From the IMG/VR virus record IMGVR_UViG_3300025389_000011: DNA of 64,000 bases. One strand, given 5' to 3'. Made by a program: the position numbers and the translations under genes. Positions 27,746 to 36,826 of the stretch are shown here, piece by piece; positions within the stretch are counted from its first letter, which is position 1; each line of letters begins with the position of its first letter. A model generated the notes under the pieces. It made no database searches. It was not told the origin of the DNA and saw nothing but the letters and a program-made list of their open reading frames with translations. This DNA is from a virus. Lineage: Duplodnaviria > Caudoviricetes.

Positions 27746-27975
27746 TTCTTTAATTCCAATAATATTTCAACACGTTGTAATGCATCATCCATGGTCTTAT
27801 CATCTTGAGCCATTATTACAGCCTGTTTAAGATTTAACCAACGATTAGCAACCTTATCTTCAGGTGCTACTTTAATCATTTCACGTTCGGACGATCCACT
27901 CTTGCGAGAGTAGACCGTCTTACCGCCGTCAGGACTTTCGTATATGATTATTTCTTCAATACTTTTAACTGTCAT
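27742..27975 (-). CDS. Hypothetical protein
   Basis: IYESPDGGKTVY motif, 4-nt overlaps. Confidence 0.7.
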   Translation of the reverse strand: MTVKSIEEIIIYESPDGGKTVYSRKSGSSEREMIKVAPEDKVANRWLNLKQAVIMAQDDKTMDDALQRVEILLELKK

Positions 27976-29249
27976 TTCTCATCATAGAGAGCATAAGTAC
28001 CAAATGGGGGATTTGGATTTTTATCACCATGAATGATCCATGTAGTATCACAATAGTCAGGGTCGCCCCAGCTACCAAAGGGATATCCATCAGTAAACAC
28101 AATCAAACGTTTTGGTTCAATTGCGTTATCTTTAAGATACTTGAAAATACAATCAAAGTCAGTACCACCACCGCCCATTGGTTCGTATTCTGCAATGTCA
28201 TCCATGTTGTCACTATGAAAGTCTTTTGGATTATAAATTTCAGTATCAAAACAGAATACATGGACCTTATAACCATCAAACGCATTCATCATGCCACCGA
28301 TTTCACCTAAGAAATCTTGTGCTTGTTTTTGACTGATACTACCTGACATGTCAAGTGTCACAACAACATCAATTTCTTCACCGGGAGTCATGCCGGGCAT
28401 AATAGCATCAGTATGCCAACCTCTACGTGAAGGACGCATCCAACTATAATCAGTACGAATTGCACTTGTCAAGTTTGTTTGAATCAACTCACGCCAGGGC
28501 ATAACTGGATTAGTAGCCTGCTTGATTAATCGTTCAACACCTTTTGGCAACTGACCTGCCTCGCATGTACTTGCGGCATTAATAATAGCCTGTTTGACTT
28601 CTTGACGAACACGCTCACGTTCCTCAGGACTCATCTTTGGACGTTTATTTTTACCTGTTTGGTCACCATCACCATCACCATCCATGTCACCATCACCATC
28701 CATGTGGTCATCAATCATTTTATCAACCAAATCGTCAATATTGATATGTTGAACATTTTTCATGAGGTCATCATAGATTTCTTCGCTAGGTAGACCATCA
28801 TATTTTGCCTCATACAAACAAGGCACACTTGTAATAAACTCACCTACCTTATGTCGTTTCAAGTCTGCATTAACTGCATAGTCGTTTGCAATATTAAAGA
28901 TTTGATGGTCACGGTCACCTCTACGATCCATGTGGTCATATACCACGTGCAACACTTCATGACCTACTAAGAATTCAACTTCTTTAGGCTTTAGCAACAT
29001 AATGAAACGTGAATTGTAGTAAAACTTCAATCCATCAGTTGCCGCGGTTGAACACCATTCATCGGCATTAACCAATTGCAAACGTGTTGCAAGATTACCA
29101 AAAAATGATTGACGTAATAGTAAACCAACACGGGCAGTAATCAATCGTTCACGGGCTTGTGCATCAATTTTACTGTCAGTTGGACCTACTAGATTTTCAA
29201 ATTTTTTGCTACGCTTACTTTTTTTAGTTGGGGCAATAACGTCACTCAT
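27972..29249 (-). CDS. Metallopeptidase-VWA domain protein (DUF2201-like)
   Basis: HEVLH zinc motif, DMSGS MIDAS, GGGGTDF. Confidence 0.88.
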   Translation of the reverse strand: MSDVIAPTKKSKRSKKFENLVGPTDSKIDAQARERLITARVGLLLRQSFFGNLATRLQLVNADEWCSTAATDGLKFYYNSRFIMLLKPKEVEFLVGHEVLHVVYDHMDRRGDRDHQIFNIANDYAVNADLKRHKVGEFITSVPCLYEAKYDGLPSEEIYDDLMKNVQHINIDDLVDKMIDDHMDGDGDMDGDGDGDQTGKNKRPKMSPEERERVRQEVKQAIINAASTCEAGQLPKGVERLIKQATNPVMPWRELIQTNLTSAIRTDYSWMRPSRRGWHTDAIMPGMTPGEEIDVVVTLDMSGSISQKQAQDFLGEIGGMMNAFDGYKVHVFCFDTEIYNPKDFHSDNMDDIAEYEPMGGGGTDFDCIFKYLKDNAIEPKRLIVFTDGYPFGSWGDPDYCDTTWIIHGDKNPNPPFGTYALYDEK

Positions 29250-29275
29250 ATATGTTCCTTATTTACAATACTAGT

Positions 29276-29304
29276 AGTATACAATAATATTGATTTATTG
29301 TCAA
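29276..29304 (-). promoter_or_regulatory. Sigma70 early promoter
   Basis: TTGACA-17 nt-TATACT. Confidence 0.8.
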
Positions 29305-29332
29305 TTAAAGCGGGACCGAAGTCCCGTTTTAA

Positions 29333-30436
29333 TTAGTTACCGGCTTCTACAATGTATTTACCGTATTTCTTGTGAAACTCATCAAAGTGTTTCAATTGAC
29401 TTGGCTCGATTGGCAACTTGTAAGTTTTCAATGCAATCTTGGCACCCATCACAACCAATTCAGTTTCAAAGTTTTTCATGATGTATGACAAGAAATTGTC
29501 AGCCATGTCATGGAATTGTTTTTGATTAACTTTCTTACCTTCAAGTGCATCACGCAATTCATAGCACATTGAAACGGTCAATGAGTACATTGCACTAATT
29601 TCTTTTACATTAAGTTCAGTTACCTTACCTGACAAGATATCAGCAGGGTCGGGCATCTTACCTGCAATCTTGCGGTGTGCCGCAAACTTAACTGCAAGAC
29701 CTTCACCAACTGCACCTGCTACCAAGTTAAACAAGGTATCAGTATCGGTATCAGCCTCATCATTCAACAAGTCACTAACGAAACACCAGCTACGTGGAGT
29801 AGCGAATGCACGGCTAGCCGATTTGCTATCAAAATCATACAAGTCTTGTTTAGCGAAAGACAAGTAACCAACCACGTCCTTATGGATACCTTTTTCAACT
29901 GCCCAGTTTTGCCATGCAGTAAAGTCAGGGCGCATTTCTAAGTGCAAGAAACGATTAGCAAGGGGCATTGGCATACGATATGTAACACCTTTGTCACTAT
30001 CACGATTACCCGCCGCAACAATTACAACATTGTCAGGCAATACATACTTACCAACACGACGGTTAAGAATCAATTGATAACCCGCAGCCTGCACAGCTGG
30101 ACTTGCACTATTCATTTCATCTAAGAAAAGAACCACGATTGGATATTCTTTTGCAAGTTCCTCATCAGGCAAGTCAACTGGAGACGCCCAATCCATTTTA
30201 TTCAAGTCACGATTAAAGAATGGAATACCACGAATGTCAGTTGGTTCCATTTGCGCCATACGCAAATCAATCATGTGACCACCTAATTCTTCAGTAACTT
30301 CGGCTACCACTTCTGATTTACCGATACCGGGAGGTCCCCACAAAAAGATAGGACGCTTTGCTTTGAATGCACGTAAAATTGCTTTACGGGCCTGTACACT
30401 AGTAATAGTGAGATTGTCTGATACATGAGATGCCAT
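29333..30436 (-). CDS. MoxR-like AAA+ ATPase
   Basis: GPPGIGKS, LFLDEMN, AAGN, LANRF. Confidence 0.9.
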   Translation of the reverse strand: MASHVSDNLTITSVQARKAILRAFKAKRPIFLWGPPGIGKSEVVAEVTEELGGHMIDLRMAQMEPTDIRGIPFFNRDLNKMDWASPVDLPDEELAKEYPIVVLFLDEMNSASPAVQAAGYQLILNRRVGKYVLPDNVVIVAAGNRDSDKGVTYRMPMPLANRFLHLEMRPDFTAWQNWAVEKGIHKDVVGYLSFAKQDLYDFDSKSASRAFATPRSWCFVSDLLNDEADTDTDTLFNLVAGAVGEGLAVKFAAHRKIAGKMPDPADILSGKVTELNVKEISAMYSLTVSMCYELRDALEGKKVNQKQFHDMADNFLSYIMKNFETELVVMGAKIALKTYKLPIEPSQLKHFDEFHKKYGKYIVEAGN

Positions 30437-30464
30437 TTTAACTCCAGTCGTTTAAGATAGATAT

Positions 30465-30493
30465 AGTATAGTTGAAAATTGATTTATTGTCAA
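30465..30493 (-). promoter_or_regulatory. Sigma70 early promoter
   Basis: TTGACA-17 nt-TATACT. Confidence 0.8.
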
Positions 30494-30939
30494 ATTCTTT
30501 TACGTTTGTTGCCATTTATTTTATCGCACAATTGACCAAAAAGTATTTCTTCACGTTTAAAGGCTTCGATTTCCCATGGTCGGTTAAAGTAATCTGCCTT
30601 AACACGTTTACCACACCAACCTTGCATAATCCTACCATTTCTTGCCTTGCGTAATTGATACTGACCTCGAACCATTTGCTTAACGTGAACCATTTCATGT
30701 GCTAAGGTAATCAGTAATCGTGGCAACTTCAAATAGCTGTCCAATTCAATTGTCAATTCTCTGTGCCCTGAATAGTATACTTGACCGTTGAATTGGTGAT
30801 CCTTACGCAAAATCTTGTTGTTCTTTACAATGATTGTATAATTAAAATCCTTGACGTTCAACTGTTTTGCGTAAAAAGGTATTACCTTTTCAATGAGGTC
30901 CTTGCGAACCTCACTTTTAATTTGTATATCAAATTCCAT
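30490..30939 (-). CDS. Zinc metallopeptidase-like protein
   Basis: LAHEMVHVKQ ... PWEIEA. Confidence 0.75.
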   Translation of the reverse strand: MEFDIQIKSEVRKDLIEKVIPFYAKQLNVKDFNYTIIVKNNKILRKDHQFNGQVYYSGHRELTIELDSYLKLPRLLITLAHEMVHVKQMVRGQYQLRKARNGRIMQGWCGKRVKADYFNRPWEIEAFKREEILFGQLCDKINGNKRKRI

Positions 30940-31244
30940 TACAGGATCGCTTCCAAAATACGATTGTACACATCCTTCTTGGACATGTAATATTCGTAGT
31001 CACGTTCACCGGGGTGAAAGTTTTTCCATTGATTTTGACCTGCAAAACCAATGAGGTCATTCTTCAAGGACACATCACTATAAAAATCAATAAAGCCGTA
31101 CATGTTATAGTGAGCAATGAAACCACTTGCAAGATACAAAAAGTTGTAGCCTGTCTTATTCAGTTGGGTAATGTCTTTACATGCCTTGACCACGTTGTTT
31201 ACAATCAAAGTCTTTTGGCGTTCAGTTAATGGTGTCAATGACAT
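30939..31244 (-). CDS. Hypothetical protein
   Basis: 101 aa, GGAG RBS. Confidence 0.7.
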   Translation of the reverse strand: MSLTPLTERQKTLIVNNVVKACKDITQLNKTGYNFLYLASGFIAHYNMYGFIDFYSDVSLKNDLIGFAGQNQWKNFHPGERDYEYYMSKKDVYNRILEAIL

Positions 31245-31253
31245 ATAAGCTCC

Positions 31254-31502
31254 TTAAACTAAGTTAACTTGAAAACTGATGGTTTTAGCATTCATTTTTT
31301 CATCATAGACCCTGGTCTGTCCACCAAAGCCTTCGATTTTTTCACGACCGATAACTTCCAATGCATTCCAAACTGCAATCCGTTGCTCGGTAAAACACAT
31401 TTCAGTAGCACCTTGAACAGTAGTGTAGAACCCCACACCGTCTACAATAACACGGACTTTTTGACTGTTATTAAGACCTTGAATGATTTGTTTTCTACGC
31501 AT
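31254..31502 (-). CDS. Small early hypothetical protein (start MRRKQII)
   Basis: GGAG RBS before the ATG at 31502; promoter 31534-31562 lies within the longer ORF call, so the upstream start is unlikely. Confidence 0.65.
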   Translation of the reverse strand: MRRKQIIQGLNNSQKVRVIVDGVGFYTTVQGATEMCFTEQRIAVWNALEVIGREKIEGFGGQTRVYDEKMNAKTISFQVNLV

Positions 31503-31533
31503 TTTTAACTCCGTTTTCTGATTCAATACAAGT

Positions 31534-31562
31534 ATTATAGCAGATACCCGAATTATTGTCAA
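31534..31562 (-). promoter_or_regulatory. Consensus sigma70 early promoter
   Basis: TTGACA-17 nt-TATAAT. Confidence 0.85.
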
Positions 31563-31579
31563 ATTCGGGTATGTTGCTT

Positions 31580-31807
31580 TTATGCAACAAAATCGTATGC
31601 AAATTCGGGCATAACAGGGCCGTTCATTGGGCCACTAACTTGCACTTTACCCAAACCATAATCTTTGCTTAGTTTGTGAAAGACCTTGCGAGCCTCAGCC
31701 TCTGAACACTCAACAAAAAGTGTACCGCATGTAAAACTAGCGCGGTTATCATCTTTGAGAACCTTAGCAACTTTGTCTAGTACGATTTTTTCAAAAGCCA
31801 TTTTCAA
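31580..31807 (-). CDS. Small early hypothetical protein
   Basis: 75 aa, AAGGAG RBS, own promoter. Confidence 0.7.
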   Translation of the reverse strand: MKMAFEKIVLDKVAKVLKDDNRASFTCGTLFVECSEAEARKVFHKLSKDYGLGKVQVSGPMNGPVMPEFAYDFVA

Positions 31808-31831
31808 CTCCTTTAATCAATCAATACAAGT

Positions 31832-31860
31832 ATTATAGTCCCAAAACGATTTATTGTCAA
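31832..31860 (-). promoter_or_regulatory. Consensus sigma70 early promoter
   Basis: TTGACA-17 nt-TATAAT. Confidence 0.85.
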
Positions 31861-31882
31861 ATTTTGGGACTATAATTTTCAT

Positions 31883-32149
31883 TTATTTTTGAAAACGAAA
31901 GTATGCAGTTTTACTATTGTGAATGTCATAAGACTTTTCACTAGTTTTAACAACATACAATGCTTTGTTGCCACAACTAATTTTAGTTCGGCCCATATAT
32001 GGGGCTTTAGTCAATACTGGGATTTCTAGGCCCTGAAAGTTTTTCTCAAAAATAACACTAGTAACTTGGCCCTCGCTTGTTGGCAATTGAGAAACAATAG
32101 TATTATCTTGAGCAATTAAAGTATTGATTTCATTAAGTGACATTTTCAT
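31883..32149 (-). CDS. Small early hypothetical protein
   Basis: 88 aa, own promoter. Confidence 0.65.
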   Translation of the reverse strand: MKMSLNEINTLIAQDNTIVSQLPTSEGQVTSVIFEKNFQGLEIPVLTKAPYMGRTKISCGNKALYVVKTSEKSYDIHNSKTAYFRFQK

Positions 32150-32177
32150 ACTGTACCTTTCAAGTGATTAAGTACGT

Positions 32178-32206
32178 ATTATATGCCCAAAACGATTTAT
32201 TGTCAA
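32178..32206 (-). promoter_or_regulatory. Consensus sigma70 early promoter
   Basis: TTGACA-17 nt-TATAAT. Confidence 0.85.
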
Positions 32207-32222
32207 ATTTTGGATAGATTGA

Positions 32223-33227
32223 CTATTTGATAGGAACTAGGTTGTCTCTAAAGATTTCCCATGCACGTTTCCAAGACCAACGAAAACTACCTTTCAGTAC
32301 TTGATTTCTGTCTAATTGTAAACAGCTATCAATAGCATGGGTTAGGTTCTCATTCATGAACCCCGTGACCCCTTGTTCAATTACATCCATAGGACCTTGA
32401 CAAGGGTATGCCGCAACTGGCGTACCACACGCCATTGCCTCAATCATTACAATACCAAATGTTTCCCATTGGCTGGGGAATACAAATACATCAGCATTTG
32501 CATAATAGACTGCCAAGTCTTTACCTGTTTTGAAACCAACAAAATTAACATCAGGATATTTTTTCTTGTACGTTTCTAACATAGGACCATCACCAACCAT
32601 TGTTTTTCTTGCGCCCGGATAATCTAATTCAAAAAAGTCTTCTAAGTTTTTTTCTTTGCTAACACGTGCAACGCACAATAAATCAATTACACCCACTTCA
32701 CTATACTCATGTCTTTGTTTAGTATTGAAAATTGTTCTATCAACCCCACGTGTCCATGGAATAACTTCACCGTCAAATCCATGCTTACGTAATTCAGCAA
32801 CCATGCTGTCAGTCGTTGTTAAAACCTTGCCACTATGCTTATGAAACCAGCGTACAAAGCGCCAAGTAAGTGATTCAGGTATTCCAAATAGTTTGTTAAG
32901 TCCTTCAGGGAATTTAGTATGATAAGCAGTATTGTGCCTAATACCACATTTTGCAAGATATGCTCTAGCCCACAAACCAAGAGGACCTTCTGTGGCGATG
33001 TGGATATGATCCGGATCAATCTTCGCAATCTTCTTGCCCATGTTCCTTGGATAGCTAAGTTTGACTTCGTTGTAGCCAGGACAATCAATATAGCTGAACC
33101 ACCTGGGGTCAATATAATCAATAGTATAACCATCCAGTATCGCAGGAGCCTCAAGATTTTTGTAAGTCGTGACAACGCCATTGATTTGATCCGGTAAATT
33201 ATCCGTTATTATCAGTATTTTCTTCAT
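32223..33227 (-). CDS. agt: GT4 glycosyltransferase, Agt-like (glucosyl/glucuronosyl-diacylglycerol synthase type)
   Basis: TD...QINGVV, HIATEGPLG, YHTKFPE, RVSKEKN, ETFGIVMIEAMACGTPV. Confidence 0.75.
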   Translation of the reverse strand: MKKILIITDNLPDQINGVVTTYKNLEAPAILDGYTIDYIDPRWFSYIDCPGYNEVKLSYPRNMGKKIAKIDPDHIHIATEGPLGLWARAYLAKCGIRHNTAYHTKFPEGLNKLFGIPESLTWRFVRWFHKHSGKVLTTTDSMVAELRKHGFDGEVIPWTRGVDRTIFNTKQRHEYSEVGVIDLLCVARVSKEKNLEDFFELDYPGARKTMVGDGPMLETYKKKYPDVNFVGFKTGKDLAVYYANADVFVFPSQWETFGIVMIEAMACGTPVAAYPCQGPMDVIEQGVTGFMNENLTHAIDSCLQLDRNQVLKGSFRWSWKRAWEIFRDNLVPIK

Positions 33228-33299
33228 AAAATGTTTCTTTAATGGCTAAAATTAAAGTTAATCCAATCCAAAGCACAAACATGCTAATTATAAAATATT

Positions 33300-34184
33300 T
33301 CATTTTGCTTTGAATTTAATGTATTCTGTAATGATATCTGCAACGTCTACATTACAGAATTTTTCAAAGCCAAAGAATCCTGGATTACTGTTAGCCTCAC
33401 AAACTCTGAAACCGTTTTCGTCAAACAATAAATCAATACCGGCAATGTCTAAACCTAATACATGTGCTGTTTCTCTAGCCATGAATTCAATTTCTTCTGT
33501 GAGAGGGTAATTTTCACCAGTACCGCCACCTGTGATATTAGCACGGAAGTCTCCTTCAGGCGCTGTACGTTTCATTGCACCTACAACTTTACCGCCAATA
33601 ACTAACACACGCAAATCTTCACCTGGTCTATGGCCCATGTATTCTTGTACAATCATGGTTTTCTTGTTTCCAAGTTTTTCTACAAACTCTACAAGTTTTT
33701 TATAATCTTTTTTACGTTCACATAAATGAACACCTTCGCCATAGCTACCGGTAACAACTTTAACTACACAGGGGAATCCAATGTTTTCACTAACCAATTT
33801 ATCTTCAATAGGCCAACGTACCAACATTGTGTTCGGGATCGGAATTCCTGCACGACTTAGTATTTGACTGGTACGCAATTTATCTTTAACAGTTTCGATT
33901 GCAACGCTTCCATTTACACATGGAATACCGCATTGTTCAAAATGTCTGATAACTGCTAATTGGAATGGGAGAATACCTGCACCTAATCTAACTAGTACTA
34001 GTCTAGGTAACTCCATGTCTTGACCTTTATACTTGATACCTTTACGAATATCTCTATTCACGACAATATCAAAATCGTCAGGGTGAGCCATCATGGCTTT
34101 AATGCCCTTGCTTTCAAAACTTTCAATCAATTTATTTGATTCGTATTCGTTTCGTTCTAACTTAGTTAATACTAATACTGTCAT
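33300..34184 (-). CDS. rimK: RimK-family ATP-grasp glutamyl ligase
   Basis: DKLRT.Q.L, P.VVKV..GS.G.GV, QEY, DLRVLVIGG, FRANI..GG, CEANSNPG. Confidence 0.88.
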   Translation of the reverse strand: MTVLVLTKLERNEYESNKLIESFESKGIKAMMAHPDDFDIVVNRDIRKGIKYKGQDMELPRLVLVRLGAGILPFQLAVIRHFEQCGIPCVNGSVAIETVKDKLRTSQILSRAGIPIPNTMLVRWPIEDKLVSENIGFPCVVKVVTGSYGEGVHLCERKKDYKKLVEFVEKLGNKKTMIVQEYMGHRPGEDLRVLVIGGKVVGAMKRTAPEGDFRANITGGGTGENYPLTEEIEFMARETAHVLGLDIAGIDLLFDENGFRVCEANSNPGFFGFEKFCNVDVADIITEYIKFKAK

Positions 34185-34932
34185 CGTTTGCTTTCGTCCA
34201 AGTTATTATTTCCCAATGCCCATCATGATGTTCTACTAATGCAGTCATTGATTCTACCCAGTCACCGTCATTCATGTAAATCACATCATCTATCATTTTT
34301 ATTTCTGCATGATGTATGTGTCCGCATATTACTCCATCAAATCCACGCTTTTTACAATAAGCTGTTATATTTTTTTCAAACTGAAACACAAAGTCTGCGG
34401 CTTTTTTAACTTTGTGTTTCAAAAATTTACTTAAGCTCCAATAACCTAATCCTAGTTTATGTCGTAACGCATTGAATTTACTGTTTAATTCTAATACAAT
34501 ATCATACATCTTGTCACCTAAAAAGGCTAACCAGGGTGCTAATTTAGTAATCCCATCAAACAAATCCCCATGCGTTACCAAATAGTGTCTGCCATCAATA
34601 CCTATATGCTCAGTTTGATTAACAATTTCTACTGCACCAAATCCCAATCCATACGGTATTAACGGCCTAAGAAATTCATCGTGATTTCCTGCTACATACA
34701 CAACTCTAGTGCCACGTTTGGCATGTCCTAAAACTCTACGAACTACATTGCTATGACTTTGTTTCCAACGCCATTTATTTTGTTGAATTTTCCAAGCATC
34801 AATAATATCTCCCACTAAGTAAAGTGTTTCACACGTATTGTGTTTTAAGAAATTATTAAGTTGTTCTGCTTTACAATCTCTTGTACCAAGATGAACATCA
34901 CTAATAAAAATGGTTCGGTATGTTTTTTTCAT
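34162..34932 (-). CDS. plcP: PlcP-like metallophosphoesterase (often auto-annotated as UDP-2,3-diacylglucosamine hydrolase)
   Basis: RTIFISDVHLG, LVGDIID, GNHDEFLR, HGDLFD, CGHIH, NDGDWVES; GNHD rather than LpxH GNRD; TAAATA at 34938-34943. Confidence 0.78.
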   Translation of the reverse strand: MKKTYRTIFISDVHLGTRDCKAEQLNNFLKHNTCETLYLVGDIIDAWKIQQNKWRWKQSHSNVVRRVLGHAKRGTRVVYVAGNHDEFLRPLIPYGLGFGAVEIVNQTEHIGIDGRHYLVTHGDLFDGITKLAPWLAFLGDKMYDIVLELNSKFNALRHKLGLGYWSLSKFLKHKVKKAADFVFQFEKNITAYCKKRGFDGVICGHIHHAEIKMIDDVIYMNDGDWVESMTALVEHHDGHWEIITWTKANDDSISIN

Positions 34933-34955
34933 AGCAATATTTATCTTGCTAGGTG

Positions 34956-35174
34956 TTAAGGACTTTTGATTGTTTCATCTAATTTTGGAGATACTTTTTG
35001 ATAGTATTCCTCAGGTGGATTAAAATTCCAACTATCTGCTGTAAAGATACGTATTGGTTTCCAATAATGATGCATAATGTTATTGATAACAATAATACCA
35101 ACTACAACTACCACCAATGCTAACATTGTTAGAATGCTACCAGCCAAAACTCTTGCGGCTATTTCCATATCCAT
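34956..35174 (-). CDS. Small single-pass membrane protein
   Basis: Hydrophobic residues about 5-32. Confidence 0.6.
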   Translation of the reverse strand: MDMEIAARVLAGSILTMLALVVVVVGIIVINNIMHHYWKPIRIFTADSWNFNPPEEYYQKVSPKLDETIKSP

Positions 35175-35213
35175 GCTAATTCCTATTACAAAAAACTAAT
35201 TATACAAAAAAAC

Positions 35214-35235
35214 AAAGGCTCTGTACAGAGCCTTT
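35214..35235 (-). terminator. Intrinsic terminator
   Basis: AAAGGCTCT/AGAGCCTTT stem then T7 on minus strand. Confidence 0.75.
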
Positions 35236-35259
35236 GGGTATTAACATTTCAATCTAAGA

Positions 35260-35814
35260 TTAGAATGAACGTGTGTATGATAAGTTATAGCTATGATTTT
35301 GGCTATCACCACGAACGCGGTCATAACGTAAACCGATACTATCTTTCTTTGTCAATGCATAGCTTAAGCCAGCACGAACGGTATCTGTTGTATCATTGTA
35401 CACATTTGGGTCTACCATAGCAGTACGATAACGGAATCCAACTTTAGCAGTTGCTTTACCTAATGTGTAAGTAACACCAGGCTCAACGCTGTAGTAACCA
35501 AAATTAGCACCATTTGTATACTTTTCACCAACTGCAACACGTGTATAAACACCAGCTGGTCCGAATGATAATGCACCAGTTACACCAGCTTCCAAACGTG
35601 TACTTAATACGTCAGTTGCTTGTTGTTGATAATTGGTAAAACTTACGTCACCTGCAAAAGTATTGTTGATTGATTCTTTTACAGAAACTTGGTAGTTAGT
35701 TGAATTTTTAGCACCTTTGTCACCTAATTGGTCTTGACCTTCTAGGGTAACACTAGCGGCTGATACGAAACCAGCAAAAGCCATTAGGGCTAAAGTTAAA
35801 GCGAGTTTTTTCAT
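35260..35814 (-). CDS. Outer-membrane beta-barrel protein
   Basis: Sec signal peptide (VSA/AS), alternating amphipathic strands, C-terminal YxxxF (LSYTRSF). Confidence 0.8.
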   Translation of the reverse strand: MKKLALTLALMAFAGFVSAASVTLEGQDQLGDKGAKNSTNYQVSVKESINNTFAGDVSFTNYQQQATDVLSTRLEAGVTGALSFGPAGVYTRVAVGEKYTNGANFGYYSVEPGVTYTLGKATAKVGFRYRTAMVDPNVYNDTTDTVRAGLSYALTKKDSIGLRYDRVRGDSQNHSYNLSYTRSF

Positions 35815-35914
35815 TGTTATTTCCTTTTGTTAATGAATCGACAACTTCTTGTCTTGAACATGTATTTATTGTAAAATTAGTATTCTACAAAAAAATACAT
35901 GTGTTTTTGGTCAT

Positions 35915-36826
35915 TTACGCTGGAATAAAATCAATACCACTACCTGCTAATACGCCTGTAGTTGCTGGAGCAATACCAACTAATCCAATTGTTTGTTGGA
36001 ATGCTGTTAGATGTGCCGCGGCATTTAGTAATGATACTTCAGTCGCTGTACCTGTTGCTAGTTGAGTAACGAAAGGCAATGCTTGTGTTGGTGTGGGTGC
36101 AACACCCATAACGTTAGTATAAACGTTATTAACGAATGTAGCATAGTCTGGGTTAGCTGTTTTGAATGGTGTGCTACCAACAATAGCTTGTGCAATACCT
36201 AAACTAGTTGTACCTGCATCTTCTAATTTGATACCAAGACCTTCGTATGTAGTATTAACTGTTCCACCGAAACCTGCTTTAAGCAATGCATATACATCAC
36301 CGGCGTTACCATTGATGTCAAATGCTGTGGCTTTATCTGTAAAAACTACTCTCTCATGTTGTTCCAACTTGAATGATACTGTTGTATTCAAAGTACTTGT
36401 TACATTAATAACCTTGTTTGTAGTGTCATTAACCACTGTATAGTCTGCGCTCTTGTCATTGAATGTATATGTGTCAACACCTGTAGTGCCTGTTACATCA
36501 ATAACTGTGTTTATAGTTCCATTACCAATTGCGCCTGCACCAACTGAACCAAATGTTTTAATTGTACCATTTGTTCCGATTGATCCAACTGTGATAATGT
36601 CGTTGTTAACACCCGTTGTTCCACCTAAACTTGCGCCTGGGATAGTAATCGTGTCACCAACGGCATATCCTGTACCAAGATTTGCTGTTTCAATAACAGT
36701 AGTGTACACACCATTTGTTTTTGTTACATCAAATTTAGCACCAGTACCAGCACCAGTTGTAGTACCAGTAACTGCCGTGTAAGTTGAGTTGATTGGTAAT
36801 TCGCCAATTGTTATCGTAGTTGTCAT
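35915..36826 (-). CDS. Thr/Gly-rich surface protein with DUF4214/S-layer-like C-terminal domain
   Basis: G.GYAVGDTITI beta motif; FVNNVYTNVMG.AP helical motif; no signal peptide. Confidence 0.55.
   Translation of the reverse strand: MTTTITIGELPINSTYTAVTGTTTGAGTGAKFDVTKTNGVYTTVIETANLGTGYAVGDTITIPGASLGGTTGVNNDIITVGSIGTNGTIKTFGSVGAGAIGNGTINTVIDVTGTTGVDTYTFNDKSADYTVVNDTTNKVINVTSTLNTTVSFKLEQHERVVFTDKATAFDINGNAGDVYALLKAGFGGTVNTTYEGLGIKLEDAGTTSLGIAQAIVGSTPFKTANPDYATFVNNVYTNVMGVAPTPTQALPFVTQLATGTATEVSLLNAAAHLTAFQQTIGLVGIAPATTGVLAGSGIDFIPA

Noticed and set aside
34162-34932. LpxH lipid A enzyme
   Set aside because: GNHD instead of GNRD and pairing with an Agt-like GT4 favour PlcP; not excluded without phylogeny
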